Position numbers and translations under genes: made by a program
Shown here: positions 25,469 through 38,895 of the stretch, piece by piece
Layout of the letters: the number at the start of each line of letters is the position of its first letter
Numbering within the stretch: position 1 is the first letter of the stretch
The notes under the pieces: model-generated
Database searches by the model: none
What the model was told of the DNA's origin: nothing
What the model saw: the letters and a program-made list of their open reading frames with translations, nothing else
Origin: Patellaria atrata CBS 101060
Lineage: Eukaryota
Reading direction: 5' to 3'
DNA length: 64,000 nucleotides
Assembly: GCA_010093705.1 (NCBI GenBank)
Contig: MU006110.1
Coordinates: 1 to 64,000, forward strand

Positions 25469-26469
25469 GGTGTCGACTACAGATGACGTGTGTCCCTGAG
25501 GAAACAGGTATCAGTAAAATAGGTAGATGATGATTTTATGTGAACAGTAGTTAAGAAGTTTTTGAAATCAGCTGCAGTTGTGTTACCAGCACTGGTGGGC
25601 CAACAAGCAGAATGCTGAAACCGGATATAGCGACCAAATGAAGGAGTACCAGCTCGCTTGATAGCTTGTACTCCTACACTCTCCAAACTCTTATTACGGT
25701 GTTACAGGCCCTGGAGCAGGTCTGGAAGTTCTTACTGTTGTCTCAAGATGCTGGGTATATTGAAGGTAGGATATAGGTCTATGGAAGGGTATATGGAACA
25801 AAACTCAGGCGGGGCAGATGAGGTGAGCTCAGCGAAATATGAGCCGCAGCTTGCACAAGGAGTACAGTACCGAAATTTTATCGACTGGCGCTTGCACACA
25901 AAGCATGCACTGTCAGTCAGGTTCCAGTGGAGGCCAGTAGGGTACGAGAGAGGCAATGCAAGAAAGCCGTTGGCTGGTTCAACAACGTCGACATGCAGAT
26001 AGCGTCGCCTTACACCAAAAGACCCGGGGGAGTTAAGACGAATAGTTAAGCTTGGGGTGAGCGGGTTCTCATACAGGAGGATTGGCGAGGCGTGTTTATT
26101 GCAGCAATGACCGCATATGCAGGCAATGGGCTAAAGTTTCTTTCACAGAATTCCAGAGGCCGGATAGTGGACTAGAAAAAGAGGGGGATAAGACTCCATA
26201 TAGATATTCGGACAAGTACTGTACAGGACAAAGAGAAATTGACTCTAGGACTGGATTTTGAGCAGGACTATATGGGTGGGATTAAGGGGTATAAGGTGGG
26301 AAAGTGAAAAATGAACAGTGCCTTTCAACGTACGATAGAAATAGACTAAGGAATGCCGAAGGAAGGGGGGAAAAGAAGCTCAAGAAAGACGGTGCAATTA
26401 AATAAATGGTAGGTTCCCTGACTGTCTTTAAAGGAAGTGGAACATAGTACACAGTAGAACTATACGTCG

Positions 26470-26581
26470 GTGGGATATAGTGGGATATAGTGGGCTGTAG
26501 CGGGTTGTAGTGGGTTGTAGCGGGCTGTAGCGGGCTGTAGCGGGCTGTAGTAAGCCTGTAAAGCCCGTAAGCAGCGCGTAG
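26470..26581. repeat. 10-bp minisatellite (GYGGGHTRTA)n
   Basis: gtgggatata x2, gtgggctgta, gcgggttgta, gtgggttgta, gcgggctgta x3, then decaying copies. Confidence 0.9.
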
Positions 26582-27271
26582 GTAACCAGTTAAGAGGCTG
26601 TGGTGTGCCCGAGCAAGGGGCCGCAGAGGCCAAGCCATAGGTAGGGGAGCATCGCTGCATCAGGACCAAGGGGACTCAGGAGCAGACTTTCTGTCATTTT
26701 GACACGTTTATCAGTAGCGAGCAGCACGTGGCCTACCGAATCATAGGCCCCTTGGGCGGTCCAAGTACCAAATTCTTAGGGGGCAAAGGGGGCCTTCACT
26801 ACCGGTTCACTAGGTGATTCTTCGGGGGCTTCGGGTCCTTCGTTATCTTCTTTTAGGGCTGAAGGGGGGGCTCGTTCGGGAATTGAGTGCAAGCAAAAGG
26901 GGTTCCAAGGGAATTCTACCTTTAAACTGCTAAAATTACTTGTCAGGGCTTAAGAACTTGTTCTTAACCGTAGGACTACCTCTATGACTACAGTCACATA
27001 CTAGAAGCTATCATCCATTTTGATATTGAGCTGTTCATGAGGTGACAGAAACTTCATGATGGCTGGAGGGGCACCATTCGGCTCCACCTTCTTCCTCGCT
27101 TCTCCACTCGTTTCCGGGCAATTTGAGCCGACGACCACCCGCCTTTACCACCAGTTCCATTTCAAGGTTCCCGTCTGTTTCGTTCACAGTGGAAGCCTTC
27201 GCGAACTCTATCTCAGCGTTTCCGATACAATAAGATAGATATGATTGATTGAATTACTTGCAGACTGAGAA

Positions 27272-29324
27272 ATGTCAGTCAAGAACCGCCCTACAGAATT
27301 TCCACAACCAAAGGCATATATTAGACTTGTATATCCCCCTTAGCTTTAACGCTCCCAATCAACCTCACTAATACCTTAATCAGGGCAAGCATGTAAACTC
27401 AGACCGTCAGTCGTCTCTCATAATACGATGGGATTCGTTGTCAGTCTCCCTCTTGTTCGCCTAGGCTTACCAATGGGTCAGAGAAATGGAATGATGTGAA
27501 GTTCTATCCCTACACCAAACCCGGCGTTGATCCCGTCTTCGCTGTCGTTGGTGGACGAGATGTGCGTCCCTAATTCTACCCATAAGTCAATTCGGTCACG
27601 AGATCTAAACCTCTTTCCAGGTGGTCGTGTGTCGTCCCACTCTCGATAAAAATGAACCCATTCAGATCCTTCGATGGTTTTCTGATCCCGAGGTATGACC
27701 GCTATCCCCCTCCCCCCCCCTTTTCCGCCCCTGAATGCTGACTGATAACCTCTAGCTTGGTCAATCAGAAGAAGACGACTTTTTCACCGTTGACTGGTCC
27801 AAAGATGCTGATACTGGAGACCCACTGCTACTCGTGAGCGGCAAGAATCCGAAGATCAAAATCTTAAATGTCCGAGCCGACAAGCTCGAACGGGTGAGGT
27901 GAACTGTTATTCTCAGGATACCAAGTAATAATTTGGACTTATGTTTTAGACGCTTATAGGTCACGGTGATGTACGGTCTGAAAGACATATAGAATGTACA
28001 TAAGTATTAAACATAATAGGCCGTCAACCACGTCGAAGTCTCTCCGCAAAACCCGTCCATAGTAGCTTCCGTGGGTCGGGATCATTCAGTCAGAATATGG
28101 AATTTAGATAAAAAGTATGAGAAGAATCCATGCTGCGTGATTTGTGTTGGTCACCAATGGGACATCCAATCCACCGTCAGTTTATGAGTCTCCCAGGTCC
28201 TTTTAGTTAGCTAAGGTGAGCAAAAGCATACTTACTCGTTATAGGGATTCCACCAAAACGGTCGTTATCTTCTCACTGGCGGCATGGATGAAATGATAAA
28301 TCTTGTGGGCCTTACTGAAGACTAAACTTCCACCGCTCGATATTAACGCTAATTGTTCATTAGTGGGCGTTGCCCGAGTTGCCAAACGCGCATACAGGAA
28401 CTGATACGGTGACAAGAATAGATTTCCCACATTTTGCTAGTACAGAAATTCACGGGGAAGGGGTGGACTGGTATGCAAACCAACTTTGCCTCCCGCTGTC
28501 ATTCTTCTAATGCACGTTTGGTTCTCAGTACGAAATTCTATGGTGACCTTATCCTCTCGAAATCGGCATCGAACAATAAGATCGTTCTCTGGCGTATTGC
28601 TGGTTTCAATTCTAACGTTCCAATCCCGGGCCCTTCGGCGGCTCCACCACATATACCTACTCCAGGGCTTTTCACCTGGTCTGCCTTCTCCGATTCAAAA
28701 CACGGGGCGTTCGAACGCCTGCGCACATTCGATATCCCGAACACGGAATGGTACTTCATGCGGTTTAGTTTGTTCCATCAGCCATTCAAGCGACCATTGC
28801 TGGCAATCGGGAACGCCGGCTCCAAGATATACTTTTGGGACATGCAGAGATTAGAAGAAGGGGAAACGTTGCAGGAGCGTGAAGGAACTGTCTCCAGAGA
28901 GTCGTCCGGAAATTCTCTCCCTCCCGATACACATGCTGGTGTGTCTTATCCGAGCAGAGTTAGAGCTTCATTGAAACCCGGAGTGGCACGCCCGGTGCCG
29001 AAACGCAAAGCCTCATACCCGTACTCCGCACAGGCGCGAGAATCTTCTACAGCATCTGCAGCATCGACTAATGTGGGTAGCGAGTTTTCCGTATCCACAT
29101 CTGCCCCGTCCCGACTGTCACACCCTCCACCATTAGCTCGCGGCAGCAAAGGTCCGAAAGTGGATATCGGCGCTGATCCCTTCTGGCCTATCCCACCTCA
29201 CAAGTCTTTTATGATGCCTAAAGTGCAGTACACACATCGCCAAGTAGCATGGAGCGTAGGGGGTGAATGGTGCGTCGCATCGGGAGAGCAAGGGATGATT
29301 GGGCTATACCGACGTTGGGAATGA
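27272..29324 (+). CDS. eed: WD40 Polycomb (PRC2) subunit EED/ESC homolog; 5' exons uncertain
   Basis: WNDVKFYPYTKPGVDPVFAVVG, FFTVDWSKD..PLLLVSG, TLIGHG, SVGRDHSVRIW, FHQNGRYLLTGGMD, FPHFASTEIH..VD..FYGDLILSKS, WYFMRF, RQVAWSVGGEW. Confidence 0.88.
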
Positions 29325-29680
29325 TAGTATTTTGATTGGCAGCTTGGTCGGTTCAGTCATGAACAAAGAAAACGTATGGATCAACCGTCAACGTACCCGA
29401 GAGAAATAGGCACATACCTACCTATACGTGCATTCTGTCAAGTAGTTAGGTCAGGGGTATTATCAAATCACACTCGTAGGAAAAATGACATCAAGTGTAA
29501 GAATGGCCTGACATTCATAAGACATGCAATCTTCATGGAGTATTCGTTTTCTTTGATACGCCTCTTCCGTTAGATATACGTCCTGTCCATCAACTTCCGG
29601 CTGTTTTCCAGCGCGCTTCCCCTTTCTTTCTTTTAACACCGACTCCTAACAATTTACTATTCTATCGATGCCTAACCCTG

Positions 29681-30920
29681 TCATTCAGTCTCCAGTGGCC
29701 CTTCTTGTCCCCCATAGTCCGGAACTTCAAGACTATACCCATAACTATCGCTAACATCATATCTGACACTATCCCTCCATTGCCCGAAGTTCGTCGCATA
29801 CTCTTCACCCCATGACCTACTGTAAAAGCTACAGTACGTCCCGAGCGGCGCATTGCTCTTGCTCAAGATATAGCTATTAAAGAAATTACACGGCTTGTAG
29901 ATTCCGTCAGTTGCATGGCGTTTGTTGTACGCGGTTTGCGCCTGACATGCCGCGGCGCATTGTGATGGATCGTAGGGACCGTCTGGATAGATTTTCACTC
30001 CCATGTAAGTGTCGACACCGTTATAAAGAGGCGCGTTGATAGCGCCGGGCAATGGTACTGGAGTGGTGAAATTTGTTGCTGGTGGAGGAGATTGGTGCCT
30101 GTTATAACCTGAAGCATATGTAAGGGACGCAGGTTCAAAATTTCAAGGGATAACCGTTGTTTGGGGGCACGAATGAAATCTTTGGCTTTACACACCATTG
30201 GATCCCGCGATGACAACTCTAAAGTTACCTCTCCACTGACCATCATTCGTGGCCGTTTCAATCGCCACAGGGTAACCGTAAAATGTGCAGACAATGTTCG
30301 TCATCGACGCCGGATTACCGTCTTCAACGCAAGTAGAGCTGGTCACGGGATCGCGCTCAAAATAAATCAGAAAGGCGCGACAGTACGGGTTACTGTCGCA
30401 TCTGGCAGCACATAAAGCCGGATCATAAGCCGAGACGGTTCTCAAGCCCAGAAAGCCGATCTCGTTCACCGACGCTTGCGCATTTACGAAAGCAGGCGTA
30501 TAACCTACTGGAGCTAGTGCATCATTCGCTGCTGAAGCATAGATAGGGTTCTCTGAAAAAGCTTCAGGGGTGTCGGGTTCTGATGAAGGGCCTGTCCTGT
30601 GAAAGAGGTCAGGATAGAGCAATGATATAATGGTCAGACGCGGAATCAGACCCTGTCTTAGGTGTACAATCTTCTGCCCGTTTAATGGTTTCACGCTTGT
30701 CGGGAGTGATGGGATCGAAGCTTATTTCTGCTGCTGCTTCCTGAGCAGCGGCTGTAGGATCGTATTTAGATATTGGGAAAGCCGTGTCGATCGCGAGTGG
30801 AACAGAGACTGTCGGTGTTTCGACCGTGTCTACTGCTTCAAAATCTATCTCCTGTGGTAATGGTGCTGGAACGGCTGTCGCGAGCGTGGAAAGCGCCAAC
30901 AGAAGGGTGACTGCGCGCAT
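29681..30920 (-). CDS. Secreted Cys-rich protein with two related (PAN/apple-like) modules
   Basis: Signal peptide MRAVTLLLALSTLATA and Kex2-like KR sites. Module 1 YDPALCAARCDSNPYCRAFLIYFERDP..ATNDGQWR..VIAGSNG; module 2 YDPSQCAAACQAQ..CNFFNSY..YCSFY..ATNFGQWR..SYGY. Three exons. Confidence 0.8.
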
Positions 30921-32523
30921 TCTGGAAGATAATAATAGTCCGAAAAGAGATCAAGTCAAGTGAAATCTAAGGGAAGTGACTTGGGGTGAGCTCGGAGGGA
31001 AAAGAAAACCTCAAATTTATATAGAGATAGTAAGGAACCTGGCAGAAAATATGTGAATGGTTGCCAACTATGTACCAGACATGTCATCGGCTGAGGCTTG
31101 CATTTAACTTATGGAATGATTTCCCCAAATGAGTATTGAATTATTGAATATCGTCCCTTTAAGTCCACTGCATGGCTCGACTTCCAATCTCTCAGGTGTC
31201 TAGATGCACGTTCTGCAAGAGAAAGCACAACGTAGGCGCAAGGTAGAAAGCTAGGACGCTGTCATGGAGTACAGTTTGCAACTGTCGGATGCTTTCAAAC
31301 GAGGGATACGGCGTGTCTACGAAGTTGAGTAACAGAACCCTTGACGTGCGAGGGCTAAGTGATTCGACTTCGTTATACTCCAAATGCATATACGGGGTGA
31401 TTTATGCTGAAAAAGAACAAGGAGAATCAACTTCTTACAGGACTTGGACAAGGATGAGAAGGTGTGGCTAGATAATAGAGATTCACTTACTCCAATAGTT
31501 CGAAAGTGGTGATGGTTGGCTAGTCCAAGTTGGGGATGTTCATCACGATTTCGCTGGTAGGCACATGTGCAGGTGTGGCAGGGTAGATGTCGTTGAATGA
31601 AAGGGGTCCTAATCGGGAAGTTCTGCATATTGAAAACTAGGCTGGAAATAAGCTCAATGGCGTATAATCACTATACTTTTGTATGATCATGTTCACTGTA
31701 CTATTGTAAGACCCAATTATAGATCCACGGCACCACCACATTGCTTCCAATATATCCACTGTGACACCAGCTTCCCAAATATGCGGTCTCGCGTATCGGA
31801 CTAGGAAGCTAGAAAAAAAGAAAAGGTAACATCTACTAGAGCTTTGAGGTGTTTGCTGTCTGAGAGCTAGAGAATATATTCAGTTGGCATTGTCCATACA
31901 CATACGACATAGCTACTATCTTTTTCAACTAACCCGCTGACCATTTGATATTGATATGTGGGCCGTTGAAGAGAAAAGTAAGGAGCGAGAGATAGTTGAA
32001 AGCACAATGCAATGAATAGTAAAATATCTGGAGGTAACAAATAAAAAGGTAATGAAAACTTGACGGGCTGGGGAGAATGTATCAGAACTCAAAAATGCAT
32101 CTCTGTACCAGGAAAATCGAGATTTAAAAATCATCATTTGCTTGCAAAGCTTGAATGCTATCTTCTGCCATAAAATGCAGACAGCCAACTCCCTTGAAAC
32201 GACCTCTCTTAGTATCCCTAATGTCAAAGGGTGTTCCGATCATCCGTGGTGTCACTGGTGGACAAATGTTTTGTTATAGAACCCCACCGGCGGGGAACTA
32301 AACCGATGGTATAAAATCATTTGGACGTTCGGGAATACTAGAGCGCTTACGTAGACACTTATGCTTACATATCGTTCGTATGGACGCTCAATAAGATATC
32401 GAAGAGGGTCCTGAGTAAGCATATAGTATTGAGTGCATGACCATACTTACCCTCGAAGGCGATATCTACCTTCGAGGGCGGGTCATGCAAAATAGGGGAC
32501 TGTCGAGTGATATCCTATCCGAA

Positions 32524-34839
32524 CTATCTAGTATCATTCAGGAGTTGTTGAATTTCTACGCTGGCCCGAGCGGGACTGGACTCTTGCGACCGCATCAAAG
32601 AGTCCTCCAACTCCTCCGCACCTGATCCTGACCCGCGATTCTCGATGAATCGTTGCCAATTATGCTCTAGCTGTTCACTTATCGAAGCATCCAGCCGCCC
32701 CAGTAATATGTCCACCGGCTGCGCGTACGTGACACGTTCGCACGCGTCAAGTAGCTCTTCCGGTCCGTATTCCGTCCGACCTCTCATAAGCTCAGAGAGA
32801 TTCTCGGGCAGCTCGAGGTTGAGGTCTTCCACCGTTTGGCAAAACATTGCTTGCAGAGCGCCAACAAAGTGAAAGCCTTCTAAAGCTTCCCCAAGCGACT
32901 CCAAGCATAAGCGAATGACAGCTTCCCTCTCCCCCCGCCGTTCATTCCCTATTGCGAGTATGGTCTCGCAAAGGTGGACAATACAGAAGGCTTGAAATGG
33001 GGTCTGGTATCGATTACTGAAAAGTTGTCGACTGCGTTGAAAGATACGGAGTCCCTTTTGTGCGCTCTCTAGGATAAGGTTTCTCAGATGCGCTATGGAT
33101 TGTGGTGACATGTGCTTGGACTTTACGAGAGGTCGAAATAAATGGCATAGGGCCACTTGATAGACCATACTGCGGAAGTTGTCAGCGACCCAATTGGACA
33201 AGGAAGCACTCGAGGTAACTTACTGTAGAAAGTAGATATGAGGTAAACTCTCCGTATTTGAAGGGTCGTCCATCGCCAATGCAGGGGGTAATGTTGCTTC
33301 CCAATTTATGTAGCGGCGATAGAGATCGATGATGGACCGACCTGATACCCTATTACGGCTTCCGCAGTAGATGTTGATAGTTTCATGAATAACTTGATTT
33401 AAAGTGGCATAATGCTTCGCGGTTTCGATAGCATGACTTTGAACCTCCTGCAATGCATTGTCACTGGGGAATCGGTACGGTTGCCAGTACGCATCTTTTT
33501 GGTCCATGCTGACGTTACTGAAGACTAACGCATGCGGTGAAATGGGAGCAGCGGGTTTCTGGTAGGTAAATGCTGCCCAAGCACTTAACGAAAAGTATTA
33601 GTTGACTCTATATCTCTCAAACTCGAGACTGGATGCGACATTTACTCACGTATTCAATGTGTGAATACCCCAACTAGTGATCTCAACTGCCTCGGTTGAA
33701 TACCGATCTCTGTCTACCTCTTGGAGTGATTCCACGGCCAGCCTCAAGTGCGATGCTGCTTTTCTTGCTTGTCCAGAAGAGAGTTCTACGAGGAATAGGA
33801 TGGCATAAGTCGTGCTATAGGTCAAGCTCTGGATGTTTTCCTTCGTAATCTCCAGCTGTGCTTCCTCTGTGAAACGCATGCCAAGAGCTTCTCTATCAAT
33901 GGCATCTCCCCCTTGATCTACCAATAACGTGCATCCCATAGCACACATAACATTGACCATTGCAGAAGTGCAATATTGTTGGTCTTTATCCCCGAAGCTC
34001 GACATGAAGTGCTTCTCGCTGAATAGCATATGTGTAGGATAGATCCAAGTGAAATACAGCGCCATCAGGTGATGCACCAACTGTTTGTTGGGGGTCACCA
34101 TCGTCCATTGGTCCTTGCCATCCATATTTAAATCGGAGAAGTAAGATAAGGGGGGTTCCCGTTGTTTTTTGATCGACGGTTCGCGGTCGGACGCCCGCGA
34201 TTGATCGGCACTCTTATCCAGAAAAGGCTTCTCCAGAAAGGGCTTCTCCAGAAAAGGACTCTCTGGGAGAGTTTTCTTTAAAGGAGGCCTCCCTAACCAA
34301 TTGACAATGTTTTTATATGATAATTCCTGCGTTTGTCCATGGCTTTCTTCTCGTTCTCTCAAGGTCTTGACAAACGATTCTATCCACTGCTCTTTTTCCC
34401 TCAGGGACCCTTGAAGGCTTGTATTCTTCTGCTCAAGGTCCTTGATCCGCCGAAGCATCTCCTCCTTCGCTTGTCTAGTGTGGACTTCATATATGCACGT
34501 ATCGGCGGTCTTCCGGGCAACGCACCGAGCGCATGGCTGTGGTTCGTGACCCTCGCACTGCGTGACGGGATTCCGTTAGCGCGACAGCTAGCTCGTGACA
34601 GTGGAGGGTGTTTGAAGAAACTCCGTTTCAAACGCACGTACCTTTGCGCGAGCCTTCTTGCAGTTGGTACACGCGTTTTGGGAGACATGAGCAGGGGCTT
34701 TTCTAACTCGCTTGGAGCATTTTCCAGCTGTACTCTCGTTCTGTATACTGCCTTGGTCGGTATTGTCGGAGGAGATGGAAGCTTGCCTTTCTGAAGAGCT
34801 CTGAGTTGCTGCAGGACGTAGTGGGCGGTAGTCCGACAT
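32524..34839 (-). CDS. Zn(II)2Cys6 transcription factor with fungal-specific TF domain
   Basis: ACTNCKKARAK/CEGHEPQPCARCVARKTADTCIY across an intron, a coiled coil, and WTMVT..HLMALYFTWIYPTHMLFSEKHF..YCTSAMVNVMCAMG (middle homology region). Confidence 0.92.
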
Positions 34840-36647
34840 GAATATGTAGGGTGGTACGCGGTCAATGTTAAGACAGTATGAATATATGATGGGAGGACGT
34901 AGAGCGGTCGCCGAAAAGGTTTTTTGATTGTTCGGGAACACAGGTGAATATACGATTGGCCCAAGGTGTCAGAGTTTCTATAAAAAAGCGGCAGCAAACT
35001 TGAGAGATATCAGGACTTATAATTCTCAACGTCGATTGTAATAAGCGGGGCTTTTCTTTCTTCGAGGGAAGTGGGTAGATTTCTGTGAAAAGTATCTAAT
35101 TTATGTGGTATAGTAAAGAAAAACGGGAGGCAAATTAGTCATAGGGCACATGAGCAGAGAGGAAAGGGCTATCCAGCAATGTAAACGAGGTACCAGCCAC
35201 CGAGGCCATTATCTAGAACGCGAGATGCAGAACAAGACTTCAATTTACAGGAGTACGGGAGTACGCTGTAGACGTATTTCAAAGGCTTTCACTTACGAGG
35301 GTATTGCTGTAACGTAAATCCACCTCAGTCAAGAATCCGATAGCCTTTAGTTCTACTCCGGGTTTCTATTCGGGTCCGAATAATAATGGCGAGTAAAAAG
35401 GGTATACGTAATAGGCGTATTCCGCCGCGGAGGAGGAATTAAGCTCCGATTTGATTCGAATATAACGATAAGGTGGTACGGTACCGATGGGTTGATTGGA
35501 AAATTCAATTTCGGTATTTTAACATTGAGATCTACCTTTTTCAAGGTAACAAAAGAGTTGAAAAGAGAGGCGGTGTGACCATTTCTATTCCTATCAAGGC
35601 ATCATCTTGGATTTCCGTATCTCGATCTTACCGAGCGCAGTGTTTTCCGGTGAGGGATATTAAGGAGTAGAAAGACGCCGGGACGTTTTATCATAGAGGG
35701 TAATAGGGGGGTAATCGGGCATGAGGGGAGGCTCGTCCAAAAAAACAATCAGCCGTAAGGTAATCAATATATCATGCCAGATATACTATAGCATGATGGT
35801 GAAGCCAGAACCTCGTAGAGCACGCGTTATTCCCTTAATCTAGGATAAAATGTAACCTAAAGTGGAGGTGCGGATTTGTACTGTTAGAGTAAGATAGAGC
35901 CCAGCTCAGTAAGGTAAGTTATCTTTTACTTTCCTGTTCAAGGTAAAGGGAAGTGATGATAGCTTGACGTCGACTTTTTCTTTTCCGCATCGAACCTTTC
36001 CCACCTCTAGGCATTAGCCCTTCTCGCTTATTCGTTTAGGGTTGAAGTTACGGAGTATCTTCCGCGTTCAAGACCCTGGATCCTTGTATCTCCGTACACA
36101 CGGTTACCAGAACCTTACACAACCACGTGACCTGTTCGCCCCTTTCTTTACAGTACGAGGGTGGCAGGGCAAATGAAACTCCGCTTTATCAGTGATAAAT
36201 TTCATACATGTTATCTATATTATTCGACCTTATCCCATCTGCACAGCTCAGAACTAATGGAAAGGGGATAGTTTGTACAATAAAGTTCAAAACTTCGAAA
36301 TTAGACAAAAAGGGGAGGGTACAAAGAGGTCCGCGGAAGGTAAAACCAGTTAACCCTAGAACAACCCCGTCTCTGTTTGTCGGGAGGAAATATGCCGGCA
36401 CATTGCAAAAGGGTGCTGCACACCTCACCTCGTTCTCGTTGATCTTGTTACCTTCATAGGTCCATCCAGCATGGAATCAAAAAGGAATAACTTCAGAAAA
36501 TACGGCAAGGCACATCATTATATCAACATGTCTATCATCCAGAGGACAGAACAAGATGTCTATCTTTAATCCAATTCAATTATACACCCGCAACCTAAAA
36601 TATGCACTCCTGAAGCCTTCCCAACTGCGGCACTCCTGTAACTCTCT

Positions 36648-38895
36648 TCACGCCTTGATGCCTAACTCCCTATAAAATGCATCCGGCTCAGGCTTACGAC
36701 CCAGGAAGTCAACGAGTGTCTGCATTTCGTCTTGGCTACCACCACGCTCCAGCACCGTATGCCGATACCGCCGTCCTTCAGTGCCATTCATAGGGTCTGA
36801 TTCGAAGACCGTATAGAACATGTCTGCTGAATAGACTTGCGAGCTGGAAAATGATCATTAGCCATACATCCAATCTACCCGACGGAATCAATCAAATACC
36901 TTAGGTATCCGTAGTAACCTGCATCATATCCACCAATGAGATGTCCGAACGTCGCCTGACCGTGGCCCCAATCCCAACCCTCACCAAGACTTTCTGGCCC
37001 GTCTAGTTTAGAGATTTCACTACGAAGTTTGTTGTACGTCTCTGAGATTTTTAAGTCCTCGATGTTCTCATGACTCGAGGGCTCATGTACCGTCATGTCG
37101 AAAATACCGAAGTGCAGCTGCCGAAGATTGAACAAAGCATCGTTAACGTGCTTCGTCTTGATCAAGTTCTCGATAAGAGAGTCCGGGATGTGTTCCTCTG
37201 GTTTACTCGAATCACCGGATGACTCCTGGTACGCTTTTGCGTAATCCTCCGAGAGATAGGAATAATGATGGCTCAAAGATTTGAGTTGAGAAGGAGTCCA
37301 ACACCAGTTCTCCAACATTTGACTTGGCGCTTCGACAAAATCCCGGACTGTACTTGTACCATGGAAGCGAGAGTAGATCGTGCGGGAAACCAGATCGTGA
37401 ATCCCATGGCCAAGTTCGTGGAAGAGTGTGACGACTTCATCATGCTTCAAAAGACTAGGCTTCTTAGGCGTAGCTTTGGAGAAATTGCAAACTAAAGCGG
37501 TGGCAGGATATCTCCGATTACCGTTCTCGTCCATGTAACCGGGTTGGAGGTTGAAGTTAGCAGCATGACCGTACTTACCCTCTCTCGGGAATAAATCCAG
37601 GTATAAATATCCTACAAAGCCGCTACCCTCGTCTTCGTCGTCCCAGACACTAAAGACTTGAACGTCTTCATGCCAAACGATATCAGACCCCTTTCCAGTA
37701 TCTGACACCCGGTCACGCTCTTCGCCAGTAATCTCCACAAAGACCAGGCCAAAGAGCTGTTCAAATATTTGTAACATGCCGCGGATGGTTGGGCCTAGGG
37801 GAAAGTACTCTGCGATCTTGTTGTGATCTAGTTGATAGTCTTTTTCCAGCATTAGACGATCGTAATAACGATGATCCCACAAGTAATAATGGCCATCCTT
37901 ATTTCCCTCAGCCGCTTTCAGAGCAAGGAGTTTGTTGATCTCCTCCAACCCCCCTGCAGCGAGTCGTTCACGAAGATCACCAAGGAATTCATCCACAGTC
38001 TTTGGAGTTTTTGCCATTTTGTCCTCAATCCTAAACTCCGCATGATTCTTGTAGCCTAATAAGCGTGCAGCTTCATCGCGCAGTACCACTGCTTCCCGGA
38101 AAAGAGGTATGTTCTGAGGTAATTTGTTCTCGTTCGCTACAAATACCGTCTTACGTGTCTCGGCGTTTGTGGCATACTTCAGAGTGGGAAACAGATCAGG
38201 ATATTTGAAGCTCAGCCTCAACTTTCCCTCATTTTCCCCTTGACCTTTTGCAAGGGTCTCGAGGACATCGTTTGGAACACCATCCAATTGTTCTGGCGTA
38301 AACCATAGCCCACCAGTCTCCTCATTCAGGTTCTTCTGAAAGATAATACTGATCTCGCTCAATCGTTTCTTGATGGCTTTGAATCGATCCCTCTTCGGCC
38401 CTGCCGGTAGTCCTAAGCCATTAGTGATATAACTCTTACGGTCTTTCTCTAGAAGCCGCTGAGACTCCGGATCCAGATCTTCACCCTTCTTGAGCGCAGA
38501 GTCCACGAGTTGGAAGACATCCTCACGCATGCTCGACTCGATACCCCAATCATCAAGAAGCTTCTCCGCCTCGGTGGATGCGTCTCTTAAAGCTTGGTCT
38601 GTAGACACTGCTTGATAGAATCCAATGATGTGTGACTCAATTGCCATTTTATTATCATCCAGCGCCCTTAGTAATACGACATTTTTGAAGGAGGCGGTTT
38701 CGGCGGTGACAGCAGCGACGATAGAATCCTCAACCTGCTTGGATTTCTTGATCTGAAAAGATAGTCAGCACAAATTGCAGACATGTAAGACGCAAGAACC
38801 CGTACAAGTCTCTTAGTATCTTCTATTAATGAAGAGGGCGTCGCCGTGAACTTTGGCGGGGCTTGGGGAGGGTTTCGGTAACGGTCCGGGGCCAT
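36648..38895 (-). CDS. mepB: Metallopeptidase M3A (MepB/saccharolysin/thimet oligopeptidase)
   Basis: YLDLFPREGKYGHAA, VVTLFHELGHGIH (HExxH), DFVEAPSQMLENW, FGHLIGGYDAGYYGYL, QVYSADMF..FLGRKP. Three exons. Confidence 0.95.

Noticed and set aside
26282..26669. ORFs through the minisatellite
   Set aside because: Open only because of the repeat composition; no domain or splice support.
31900..31915. ACATACGAC.ATAG resembling the 5' end of fungal 5S rRNA
   Set aside because: Similarity stops after about 13 nt; no internal boxes or 3' stem.
34840..34941. GTG-initiated extension of the Zn2Cys6 TF
   Set aside because: Poor initiation context and no recognisable targeting motif.
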